From assembly GCA_965213625.1 (NCBI GenBank), contig CBDBZU010000004.1:1184001-1248000 (forward strand): a stretch of DNA of 64,000 bases. The letters are read 5' to 3'. The notes beneath the pieces were generated by a model. It ran no database searches. It worked only from the letters and a program-made list of their open reading frames with translations, and was not told where the DNA came from. This DNA is from a bacterium (GTDB taxonomy: Bacteria; UBA8248). The translations under genes were made by a program, and so were the position numbers. Shown here one piece after another: positions 49,548-58,350 of the stretch (position 1 is the first letter of the stretch; the number at the start of each line of letters is the position of its first letter).

Positions 49548-50333
49548 ATGCGTCTGGAAGGGAAAAAGGCGGTTGTAACGGGCGGCGGCGGTGGAATCGG
49601 CCGGGCCATCGTCCGCGCTTTTTGCCGGGAGGGGGCCCAAATTTGCGTTGTCGACTTGAGCGACGAGGCAACCCGAAGAGGACTCGACGACGCGGGCGAG
49701 GGGGCGCATTTCGCCCTAGCGGCGGACGTGGCGAGAGAGGCTGAGGCCGAGAACATTGTGCGGACGGCCATTGATCGGATGGGCCATATCGACATTCTGG
49801 TGAACTGCCACGGCAGGGGAGCCGCGCTCGTGGCAAACCCTATCGACCGGATAACGCTCGAGGAGTGGAACGCTGTTTTTGAGGTCAACGCGACGGGCGT
49901 GTTCCTGATGTGCCGGGCGTTAGCTCCGCACATGCGTGAGCGCAGATACGGTAAGATCATCAACCTGGCCTCGCTCGCCGCAAGGCGCGCGAACGCGAAC
50001 ATTCCGCATTATTCAGCGTCCAAGGCGGCGTGCATGAACTTCACCATGAGCCTCGCCAGGGAGATGGCTCCCTACAACGTGAACGTGAACGCGATCAACC
50101 CGGGCCTTTTGTGGACGAACATCTGGGAAAAGGACCTCGGCGTCATCATCGGCGCGGCGACGGGCAGGCCCGCGAGGCAGGTATTCGACGAATACGTCGC
50201 GGCGACGGTTCCGCTGGGACGTGAGCAGACGACGGACGACGTGGGTCACATGGCGGTCTATCTCGCGAGCGATGAGAGTCGAAACGTCACGGGACAGGGT
50301 ATGGTCCTCGACGGCGGAGCCTGGATGGTATAG
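49548..50333 (+). CDS. Classical SDR, tandem copy 2
   Basis: TGGGGGIG, LVNCHG, NLAS, YSASK; 261 aa and colinear with copy 1. Confidence 0.92.
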   Translation: MRLEGKKAVVTGGGGGIGRAIVRAFCREGAQICVVDLSDEATRRGLDDAGEGAHFALAADVAREAEAENIVRTAIDRMGHIDILVNCHGRGAALVANPIDRITLEEWNAVFEVNATGVFLMCRALAPHMRERRYGKIINLASLAARRANANIPHYSASKAACMNFTMSLAREMAPYNVNVNAINPGLLWTNIWEKDLGVIIGAATGRPARQVFDEYVAATVPLGREQTTDDVGHMAVYLASDESRNVTGQGMVLDGGAWMV

Positions 50334-50344
50334 CGGAGGGTAAA

Positions 50345-51391
50345 ATGAAAGCAGTCGTATTGAAAGAGTTCGGTGGCGTGGAGAATTTCGAGGACGCGGA
50401 TTGGCCCGAGAGAGAACCCGATGCAGATCAGGTGAAGATCCGGGCGAAGGCGGTTTCCGTGAACCCGACCGATTTCAAGGCCAGACGAGGCGGCAACCAG
50501 GGCGCGGTTCCCATCATCCTGGGCAGGGATACTGCGGGTGTGGTCGAATCAGTGGGCGAGAATGTGACGGAGTTCACTCCCGGTGATGAGGTGATGGCCT
50601 ATTTGCCGAGGTTCGGCGACAGCGGAGGAGATGGATACGCGCAGTTCGTCTGCATCCACCAGGCGTTCGTCGTGAAAAAGCCTCAAAACGCCACTTTCGA
50701 GCAGGCGGCCGCTCTGCCGCTCGTGTCGCTGACCGCCCATGAGGCGGTGATCATGAAGCCGCGGGTGGAGCCGGGAGAAGCGGTTTTCGTGGCGGGCGGT
50801 TCAGGCGGCGTGGGAACCATGGGGCTTCAGATGCTGGCGCACATCGGCGCATCACCCATCGTCGTGACGGCGGGAAGCGATGAGAGCGCAAGATACATCG
50901 AGGGTTTGATCGCTCCCGTCCCTGTTGCCGTTTTGAAATATTTGGGGCTATCGCTCGATGAACTGGCCCGGCGGGCGGTGGAGATGAACGGAGGCCGTCT
51001 ATTTCCCGCCACGTTTGATTTCGTGGGCCGTGAAATGAAGAAACTCTGCTGCGAAGTGGTTGATTACTGGGGGAGAATCTCCTCCATTGCGCCCGAGCCT
51101 GGCGCGCCAATCGACGAGTTTTTCTCATCCCAGGAAGGCCCCTTGTTCACAAAATCGGCTTCGTTTCACGGCACCTTCCTGCGCGCCCCCGTGCGCGGTG
51201 GCGGTCCCGCCTACTACGGCGTCTACAAGAAGGCGCTCGAGGAGATTCGCGACTGGGTGGAGGCGGGCGAGATCAAGGCGCCCGAACTCACCGATATGGG
51301 GGCCATGAACGCCGGGAACATCGCCGCCGCCCACACGCTCCTGGAAGGTGGCCACGTGCGCGGCAAGCTGGTCTTGCGCGTGGACGAATAG
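50345..51391 (+). CDS. MDR superfamily NADPH:quinone oxidoreductase-like protein
   Basis: SVNPTD, ILGRDTAGVV, AAALPLVSLTA, GGSGGVG, RGKLVL; no Zn-binding Cys set. Confidence 0.88.
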   Translation: MKAVVLKEFGGVENFEDADWPEREPDADQVKIRAKAVSVNPTDFKARRGGNQGAVPIILGRDTAGVVESVGENVTEFTPGDEVMAYLPRFGDSGGDGYAQFVCIHQAFVVKKPQNATFEQAAALPLVSLTAHEAVIMKPRVEPGEAVFVAGGSGGVGTMGLQMLAHIGASPIVVTAGSDESARYIEGLIAPVPVAVLKYLGLSLDELARRAVEMNGGRLFPATFDFVGREMKKLCCEVVDYWGRISSIAPEPGAPIDEFFSSQEGPLFTKSASFHGTFLRAPVRGGGPAYYGVYKKALEEIRDWVEAGEIKAPELTDMGAMNAGNIAAAHTLLEGGHVRGKLVLRVDE

Positions 51392-51412
51392 AGTTGCTTC
51401 GAAAGGAACGGG

Positions 51413-52291
51413 ATGACGCTGATAGAGCCTCGCATGAGGTATGAGAAAAAATTTACGGAAGTTCTCGGCAGGAAGATGGCCTACGTGGAGGCGGGCGAGG
51501 GGGATCCCATCGTCTTTTTTCACGGCAACATCACTTCCTCCTACATGTGGCGCAACGTGATCCCCCACGTCGAGGGGCTGGGCCGCTGCATCGCGATAGA
51601 CAACATCGGCCAGGGCGATTCCGAAAAACTCTCAGGCTCCATGTACCGTCTGGTCGATCACCAGCCGTTCACGAACGCGCTGATGGATGCGCTGGGGGTC
51701 ACGGAGAACGTCACCATCGTGACGCACGACTGGGGCGCGCAACTTGGCTTCACGTGGGCGTCAGGGAGACAGGATAGACTCAAGGGCGTCGTGATCTGCC
51801 AGGGCGTCCTCGGCAATTTCGAGTGGAGCCATTGGCCTCCGGATGTACAGGCGCTTTTCAAGAGGTTCAGGAGCGAGGAGGGCGAGGAACTCGTCCTGGA
51901 GCAGAACTTCTTCGTGGAGAAGATTCTGCCCGCCATGGTCATCCGTGAAGTTTCTCGGGATATCCATGACGAGTACCGGAGGCCCTACCGGAATCCCGGC
52001 GAGGACAGAAGGCCCACACTCACCTGGCCGCGCGAAATTCCCATCGAGGGCGAACCCGCGGATGTTCTTGAAATCATTGAGCGAAACAACGCCTGGCTTG
52101 AAAACCATCCCGCCCCGAAACTTTTTATCAACTCGGATCCCGGCGCCGTGCTCGTGGGAGAACACCGGAGCATGGTTCGCAGTTGGCCGAACGTGGAGGA
52201 AGTGACGGTGGCCGGGCTTCACTACTGCCATGAGGATTCGCCCGATGAGATGGGCCGGGCGATTGCGCAGTGGTATGCGTCTCTCGATTGA
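51413..52291 (+). CDS. Haloalkane dehalogenase family protein (DhaA/LinB subfamily)
   Basis: HGNITSSYMWRN, HDWG (Asp106), NFFVE.ILP, RRPTLTWPREIPI.GEPADV, GLHYCHEDSP. Confidence 0.9.
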   Translation: MTLIEPRMRYEKKFTEVLGRKMAYVEAGEGDPIVFFHGNITSSYMWRNVIPHVEGLGRCIAIDNIGQGDSEKLSGSMYRLVDHQPFTNALMDALGVTENVTIVTHDWGAQLGFTWASGRQDRLKGVVICQGVLGNFEWSHWPPDVQALFKRFRSEEGEELVLEQNFFVEKILPAMVIREVSRDIHDEYRRPYRNPGEDRRPTLTWPREIPIEGEPADVLEIIERNNAWLENHPAPKLFINSDPGAVLVGEHRSMVRSWPNVEEVTVAGLHYCHEDSPDEMGRAIAQWYASLD

Positions 52292-52340
52292 TTTTTCGTC
52301 CTCAAGGAATAGGATGCCCTGAGCCGCCGTGTGGGTTGCG

Positions 52341-53447
52341 ATGAAACCGAAAATCGGTAGACGGAAATTTCTCAAGCGCGCAGGCCTGGTAGGCCTCGGC
52401 GCACTGGGGCTGGCGGGAGGATGCGCGAAGATGGGTCTGGGCATCGAGGCGCCGGCTGCGCCCTCTCCGGAAGCGCAAGGCCTCGTATCGCGCGAGGCGG
52501 AATCCCTCTACTTGCCGCATGGCGAGCCGGGGAGGTGGTTCAACCCCTGGTGGCCGAATCCGGGCTCAAGGGCCAATCTGCTCAAGTGGAAGTTCCTGTA
52601 TCGAAACGAGTTCGAGGAGATCAAGAACGCCCACGCACCCGAGGTGCCCGTCGTTGTTAACGATGGCGCTTACCTGTCGAAGGCGGACGAGAAACCCTCC
52701 ATCACGTCGATCGGCCATTGCGGCTTCATCATCCAGGATGGGCCGAACGTCATCCTGGCGGACCCGCACTTTGGCGAACGTGCTTTTTGGTATCGACGCC
52801 ATCAACCCCCCGGCGTTCCTGCGGCCTCGGTGCCAAAAGGCGCCATCGCGCTGGTCTCCCACAACCATTACGATCATCTCGACGAGTGGACGATAGAGAA
52901 CCTGCCCGAAGACGTCACGTGGTTCGTACCGGTGGGGCTGGGCGCCTTTGTGGAATCACTCGGCAGGCGCGCCGTGGAGCTCGACTGGTGGCGAAGCGCT
53001 GAGCAAGGCGGTGTGCGCGTCACATGCCTGCCCGCGCAGCACTGGTCGAATCGCTTCGGCATGGCGCGGGACTCCACGCTCTGGTGCGCCTGGTTGGTCG
53101 AAACCGGCGCGCGAAAGTATTTTCACGGTGGGGACAGCGGCTATTTTCAAGGGTTTAGGGAGTTCGGCCGCAAGTTCGGCGCCATCGACGTGGCCATGCT
53201 CTCGGTCGGCGCGTACGAGCCCCGGTGGATGATGCGCTACCCGCACATGAACCCCGCCGAGGGGCTCCGGGCGTTTCAGGATATGGGCGCGCGCTGGATG
53301 ATTCCCATGCACTGGGGTACGTTCGACCTGACGGACGAGCCGCTCGACCATCCGCCCCGCGTGCTCAGGGAGCACATGGCCGAGACGGGCGCGGACGCCT
53401 CGCGCGTCAGGATCATGGCGGTTGGCGAGCGGTGGCGTATCCTGTAA
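52341..53447 (+). CDS. Tat-exported metallo-beta-lactamase-fold hydrolase (NAPE-PLD/RomA-like), probable lipoprotein
   Basis: GRRKFLK twin-Arg signal with AGG-C; SHNHYDHLD, PAQHWS.R, GGDSGY, GAYEPRW, PMHWGTF. Confidence 0.9.
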   Translation: MKPKIGRRKFLKRAGLVGLGALGLAGGCAKMGLGIEAPAAPSPEAQGLVSREAESLYLPHGEPGRWFNPWWPNPGSRANLLKWKFLYRNEFEEIKNAHAPEVPVVVNDGAYLSKADEKPSITSIGHCGFIIQDGPNVILADPHFGERAFWYRRHQPPGVPAASVPKGAIALVSHNHYDHLDEWTIENLPEDVTWFVPVGLGAFVESLGRRAVELDWWRSAEQGGVRVTCLPAQHWSNRFGMARDSTLWCAWLVETGARKYFHGGDSGYFQGFREFGRKFGAIDVAMLSVGAYEPRWMMRYPHMNPAEGLRAFQDMGARWMIPMHWGTFDLTDEPLDHPPRVLREHMAETGADASRVRIMAVGERWRIL

Positions 53448-53483
53448 ACTATTGACTTTACTTATGATACAAGGGGAGAGAAC

Positions 53484-53711
53484 ATGAAGAAACCGAGAAA
53501 TGACGCGGAAGACGAAGAGACAGCGCGCAACAACCTGAACCGCCTCTTCGGTCGGCTCGCCTTCGAGAAGGGCAACGCCTATGGTCGCGGGGATGACGAG
53601 GAAGACCCCATCGCGCGTCTCAAGGATGACCCGCTCGTCAACAGAAAGCGTGTGAAATCAAAGAGATCGCCGGACGACGCCAAACCGCCCGAGGCCTATC
53701 CGGGCCCTTAG
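53484..53711 (+). CDS. Small hypothetical charged protein
   Basis: 75 aa with strong RBS AAGGGGAG; no recognisable motif. Confidence 0.5.
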   Translation: MKKPRNDAEDEETARNNLNRLFGRLAFEKGNAYGRGDDEEDPIARLKDDPLVNRKRVKSKRSPDDAKPPEAYPGP

Positions 53712-53758
53712 GTCGCGCAACGGGCAGGCGGACGCCCCGAGCGGGGACGCAACTCGCA

Positions 53759-54064
53759 GCATTTGCGCGCATTTGCTGTCATCGCTGGTGTAGCGGGCCA
53801 TGGCAGAATTCCCCTGCGCCCGGAAGTCGCGGCGTCTATCCCGAAGAATTAATTTATCGTTTATTTGTTGAAAAACCCCGTGAATTTATCTAATTTTATC
53901 GAAATTTCCGGATATTATTTTTTGCATTTTGAATGCCTGCGTGTTCACCCGGCTCAGGTGGTACGCGCTCGTTCCGCCGCCTGATAACCGAAGGCCGTCG
54001 GGCGGCCTACCGAGCATATCCCATCGCCCCGATAATTCTATTACGGCAAATGCGGCGAAATGCG
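53759..54064. repeat. Intergenic element built from ~10-bp tandem units, copy B
   Basis: GCATTTGCGCGCATTTGC 53759-53776, GAAAAACCCCGTGAATTTATC 53870-53890, GCAAATGCGGCGAAATGCG 54046-54064. Confidence 0.6.
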
Positions 54065-54313
54065 TTGGCGAGGCCGGGGCCGTACCCGACCGGAAAAGGT
54101 CGAACTTCCCCGTTGCGTGAGTGTGCGTTTCTTTTCCGGGAGCGATTCGAAAACTCCTCTCTCCCCTCATTTTCATTTCATCTGATTGCCGCGGTTTGAA
54201 CGGTGGTGCTATCTTCAGGCCCGACACAATCGTTTTTACGCGAGGTATGAACGGGAAACCGTATCCATGAATGTGCTCACCTGGAGTCCCGGCGTGCGCC
54301 GGAGGCCTGAGCC

Positions 54314-55476
54314 ATGCTCCGCATTCTGATCATCAACATGGTTATTACCCTGGTGTGCGCCATCCTCGCCGTGTGGGTGATATTCGAATTCGATTTGCTC
54401 CTCGTCAGAGGTCCCGAGTTCATGCCGAGGCGGGAAGCGGAGCCGAAACGGGTTCGTGCCGCCGGCTCGGCGGCGAAGCGCGCAAGTACTCCCGGGGCCA
54501 TCGCCGCCCATGATCTCACGGGCCGCCGATTCGGGCGCTCGCCCCTTCCGCTTTCGCTGCCGATCGATTGCGAACCCGGTGAGGATTGTTGGGTCTTGAA
54601 CTACGTCGACGCAGACCCCGGGCCGGGACGCGCCGATTTCGCCTGCGGGCGGATGACCTACGACGGGCACAAGGGCACGGACATCGCCTTGGCCCACACA
54701 GGAAGACTGCACGAGCGTGTCGAGGTGCGCGCCGCCGCTTCCGGCAGGGTGATTGGTGCGCGCGACGGAATGCGCGACGCGAGTGTGCGGCAGCTTGGAA
54801 GCGCCGCACTGGAATGAAAGACTGCGGCAACGGCGTGCGCCTCGACCACGGCGGCGGCTGGCGCACACAGTATTGCCACATGAAGCGCGGCAGCATTTCC
54901 GTCAGGAGAGGGGATCGCGTTCGTACTGGCGAACGCCTGGGCGCGGTCGGCCTCTCGGGCCGCACGGAATTCCCGCACCTGCACATATCGGTCGAGAAAA
55001 ACGGGAAGGTGGTCGACCCCTTCGTCGGAGTCGATGGCGGTGTTGAATGTGACTTAGGACGAGCGCCTCTCTGGAGGCGCGACGCTCTGGAGAAACTGCG
55101 CTATATCTCGGCGGTTCCCTACCACGCAGGCTTTGCGGATCACCTGCCCACGACGGAGGAGGTCCGCACAGGTGCCCTGAGTGCGAGGTCGCTTCGGGCC
55201 ACGGCGCCCGCACTCGTCTTCTGGGCCGAGGTGGCGGGTTTAAGACCGGGCGACTTTCTCTCCATCCGTCTCCTGGGGCCCGACGGCTCGGTGCTCGCGA
55301 GAAAAGAAGAATCCATGCGTAAACACCGCATCCGGGTCTGGCGGGCGATCGGTAAGCGCGCAAAGGACACCTGGCCGACTGGCGATTATCGAGGCGAGGT
55401 GCGCATCCGGCGCGAAACGAAGGCCGGCCCGCGCGAGGCGCTGCGGGGCGTGAGATTGCGGGTGTTTGGGGATTGA
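54314..55476 (+). pseudogene. M23 family metallopeptidase split at 54814-54817 (ATGA overlap / 1-nt frameshift)
   Basis: Part 1: TM anchor, YVD.DPG, TYDGHKGTD (HxxxD). Part 2: CGNGV, TQYCHM, VGLSGRTEFPHLH (HxH), VDPF. Confidence 0.78.
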
Positions 55477-55500
55477 CCCCCATCGAATCAGCTTCTACCT

Positions 55501-55524
55501 GTAGGGACAGGTCGCGACCTGTCC
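55501..55524. repeat. GTAG-type REP palindrome
   Basis: GTAG-GGACAGGTCGCGACCTGTCC, one mismatch to the copy at 36734. Confidence 0.75.
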
Positions 55525-55541
55525 ATGTAATTCAAAAGTAC

Positions 55542-55590
55542 TTGACGCTCAATATGTAATTCTATATCATTACCTGATAGGTAATGATAT
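55542..55590 (+). promoter_or_regulatory. higBA promoter with overlapping palindromic operator
   Basis: TTGACG 55542-55547, 17 bp, TATCAT 55565-55570; perfect ATATCATTACCT-GAT-AGGTAATGATAT 55564-55590. Confidence 0.8.
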
Positions 55591-55627
55591 GCATTCGTTC
55601 TCTTGGGGTCGCCCGAAAGCCGGCGAA

Positions 55628-55963
55628 GTGGAAATTACTTTCAGAACCAGAAAACTTGCAAGGACATTCAACTCGGAGAGCGAACTCCAAAAGGCGTATG
55701 GCAAACGCATGGCGGAGAGGCTTATGTCGCGCCTGGCGGTTTTGAACAGCGCCCGGACGCTGGCGGACGTACCGTCGACGCCGCCGGAGCGGTGTCATCC
55801 CCTTAGAGGCGAGCGCGAAGGGCAATACACCGTCGATCTCGTTCATCCCCAAAGACTCGTCTTTAAGCCGAACCACGAGCAGGTTCCCAGAAAGGATGAC
55901 GGCGGGATCGACCTGGAAAAGATCACTTCGATCATCATCATCGAAGTGGTCGACTATCATTGA
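55628..55963 (+). CDS. HigB-like (RelE superfamily) toxin
   Basis: EITFRTRKL, YGKRMA, PPERCHPLRGEREGQYTVDLVHPQRLVF, IIEVVDYH C-terminus; alternative ATG at 55589. Confidence 0.87.
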   Translation: MEITFRTRKLARTFNSESELQKAYGKRMAERLMSRLAVLNSARTLADVPSTPPERCHPLRGEREGQYTVDLVHPQRLVFKPNHEQVPRKDDGGIDLEKITSIIIIEVVDYH

Positions 55964-55976
55964 GGAGGTTCAAATC

Positions 55977-57074
55977 ATGATCGGACCAGCCAATGCGTAC
56001 CAACCGGACTACGCAGTCGCGCCCGGAACGATACTTGCGGAACGCCTGGAAGCGCATGACATGTCGTATGCGGATTTCGCCCGCCGGTGTGGCCGCTCAC
56101 CCAAACTCATCAGCGAGATAGTCGCGGGAAAGGCTCCTGTGGAACCGGAGACGGCCCTTCAATTCGAGAAGGTAACGGGAGTCGCCGCCCATATCTGGCT
56201 TGGGTTGGAGTCCGACTACAAGCTTCACCGTGCGCAGGAAGTCGAAAGAAGGCAAGCGGAAAAATCCACATCGTGGGCGAAGCGCTTTCCCGTGAACTTT
56301 CTGGTCAAGCGCGGGGTGATGGATAAACCGTCATCGGCCGCTGATGCAGTATCGGGCCTGCTCGCCTTTTTCGGCGTCGGCTCGGTCGAAGCCTGGACCG
56401 TCAAATATGGAGCGGCGAGCGTCAACTACCGGCACTCTCCGAGCTTCGAGAGCGACGAATACGCTCTGGCGACCTGGAGGAGACTGAGCGAGCTTGAAGC
56501 CGAAAAGCAAACTTGCGCTGATTTTAACGCGGCTCGCTTCAAAAAATCTCTCGGGGAAATTCGTAAGCTCTCGCGCGAGCCGTTCGGCGAAGCGATCCGC
56601 AAGGCGGGTGATCTCTGTAACGAATCGGGTATCGTCCTGGCCTTGGTTCCTCCCTTGCCGAAGGCCGCCATCAGCGGCGCCGCATGGTGGCTGGCGAGCC
56701 AGAAGGCGGTGATCGTCTTGAGCGCGCGCCACAAGACGGACGATCATCTCTGGTACTCCTTGTTCCACGAAGCCGCGCATATCCTGTTGCACAGCAAGAA
56801 AGATGTTTTCATCGATTCGAAAGAAAACGGCGCCGATGAGCGAGAAGCAGAAGCGAACCGATGGGCTGCGGATTTCCTGATCCCGAGCGAGGCCTGGGAG
56901 ATATTTGTCGAAGCCGGCCCGAAAAGTGTCCGAATTGTTTCCCGATTCGCGGAGGAGCAGGGCATCGCCCCGGGGGTCGTGGTCGGCAGGCTTCAGTATG
57001 AAGGCCGTCTGCCCTGGGGGCATCCTCTGAATAAGCTCAAGCGGCGACTCGAATGGGTCAAGGCTGGTAGCTGA
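55977..57074 (+). CDS. HigA-type HTH antitoxin fused to an ImmA/IrrE metallopeptidase domain
   Basis: PDYAVAPGTILAERLE, HTH, WLGLESDY; HLWYSLFHEAAHILLH (HExxH), EAEANRWAADFLIP; GAGGAGG RBS. Confidence 0.9.
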   Translation: MIGPANAYQPDYAVAPGTILAERLEAHDMSYADFARRCGRSPKLISEIVAGKAPVEPETALQFEKVTGVAAHIWLGLESDYKLHRAQEVERRQAEKSTSWAKRFPVNFLVKRGVMDKPSSAADAVSGLLAFFGVGSVEAWTVKYGAASVNYRHSPSFESDEYALATWRRLSELEAEKQTCADFNAARFKKSLGEIRKLSREPFGEAIRKAGDLCNESGIVLALVPPLPKAAISGAAWWLASQKAVIVLSARHKTDDHLWYSLFHEAAHILLHSKKDVFIDSKENGADEREAEANRWAADFLIPSEAWEIFVEAGPKSVRIVSRFAEEQGIAPGVVVGRLQYEGRLPWGHPLNKLKRRLEWVKAGS

Positions 57075-57156
57075 TCGAAGGTGGTAATGGACGCGAAAGA
57101 GATATAATTCTCTGGCCGGACTATGCGTTAGGCTTCCAGCAGATGAAAACTCGAAA

Positions 57157-57840
57157 ATGAGCAATGAAAAAGAGGGGACGATGGAAAAATCGTATGATCC
57201 GAAGGATGAATGGAAACTTGAGCCTGGGCTTTTGCAAGAAGTTAAGCGATATGTAGAGGCCGGAAAAAAACGTGGACATGCTTCGCTTGGAGCTATCCCG
57301 AAAGATGATCCGAAACTAGGCGAAGAACCTGGCCACCATAGAGAAGTTCAGGAACGCGATTGGGTGAATAATTTCGCCGAATTACTATCGGCTAAGTTTG
57401 GAAGGGAGATAACAGAGATTCAATCAAACCCTGATGATCCGCCGGATTGCTTTGCCGAAGAGGAAGGAAAAAAGATAGGAATCGAAGTTACTGAACTGGT
57501 CAAAGGAGAGATCCTCCACCGAATCGCCCAAAATCGCTACGGGAAAAAAGACTACTCGCCCTCGGAAAAGTTCGCAGATGAACATTGGGTTCACGACGAC
57601 TTTGTTCAAAGAGTTCAAGAGTTATTAGACAAGAAAGTTGAAAGGGCTAGAAAGACGGGTAAAATTATTGATGTGCTTCTCATATACACTTATGAAAATG
57701 ATTTGTATCCGGAGCGTTTGAAGGAGTGGTTGTCGAATGAAATATTTTCAGCGGCGAACATAAGTGAAGTGTTTTTTCTTCGGTCTGATTGGCCGGAAAA
57801 TGGAGACCATTCTCCTCTTTTTAAGATGAATATTGAATAG
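57157..57840 (+). CDS. AT-rich hypothetical protein with a PD-(D/E)xK-like motif
   Basis: QE...DDPPDCFAEEEGKKIGIEVTEL...KK; low GC; alternative start 57181. Confidence 0.6.
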   Translation: MSNEKEGTMEKSYDPKDEWKLEPGLLQEVKRYVEAGKKRGHASLGAIPKDDPKLGEEPGHHREVQERDWVNNFAELLSAKFGREITEIQSNPDDPPDCFAEEEGKKIGIEVTELVKGEILHRIAQNRYGKKDYSPSEKFADEHWVHDDFVQRVQELLDKKVERARKTGKIIDVLLIYTYENDLYPERLKEWLSNEIFSAANISEVFFLRSDWPENGDHSPLFKMNIE

Positions 57841-57973
57841 AAAAACTTTACTCTAAATTGATGGTACACAATTCCCTTAAAGGGAGAGTGGCAAGCCTCT
57901 CGCCTTGTATTAAGGATTTCCTTTCGCCGCCAGTTCAACTCTCCATCGTTCATTTTCAGAAGGAACCACCCAC

Positions 57974-58333
57974 ATGAAAGTCCTCATCAAGAGTCCCTGG
58001 GGGTCGGATGAATCGACCAAGGCGTCGTTCGCATTTTTGCACGCGAACGCTTTTGCGGAGGCGGGCCACGAGGTGCGGCTGTTTCTGCTCGGCGAGGCAG
58101 CCAACCTGATGAAGGACGATGTGATGAACGCAATTACGCCCGTCGGTTGGCCGCCACTGAGAGAGACGTTCGCGCAGACCATCGAACACGCGATTCCCGT
58201 CAACATATGAACGGCGTGCGCGCGGGCCCGTGCGGTCCAGGACGATGACTTGGAAGGCAAGAACGCGCGTTTCGTGACGCCGCCGGACCTCGTGGCCCTC
58301 GTCGAGTGGGCCGACAAGGTCCTGAGTGAGTAG
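57974..58333 (+). CDS. DsrE-family protein with in-frame TGA (probable selenocysteine, UxxC)
   Basis: GHEVRLFLLGEA...AIPVNI-TGA(58208-58210)-TACARARAVQDDDLEG...LVALVEWADKVLSE-TAG; 119 codons on readthrough. Confidence 0.85.
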
Positions 58334-58350
58334 CCAAACGCGACCGGGGA

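Noticed and set aside
16228-53919. A 37.6-kb integrated element bounded by the shared direct repeat
   Set aside because: No integrase or phage/conjugation genes, and the interval holds core genes (uvrA, lexA, rlmD, thrB).
54815-54817. Selenocysteine readthrough in the M23 peptidase
   Set aside because: The downstream homology is in a different frame, so readthrough would not restore the protein.
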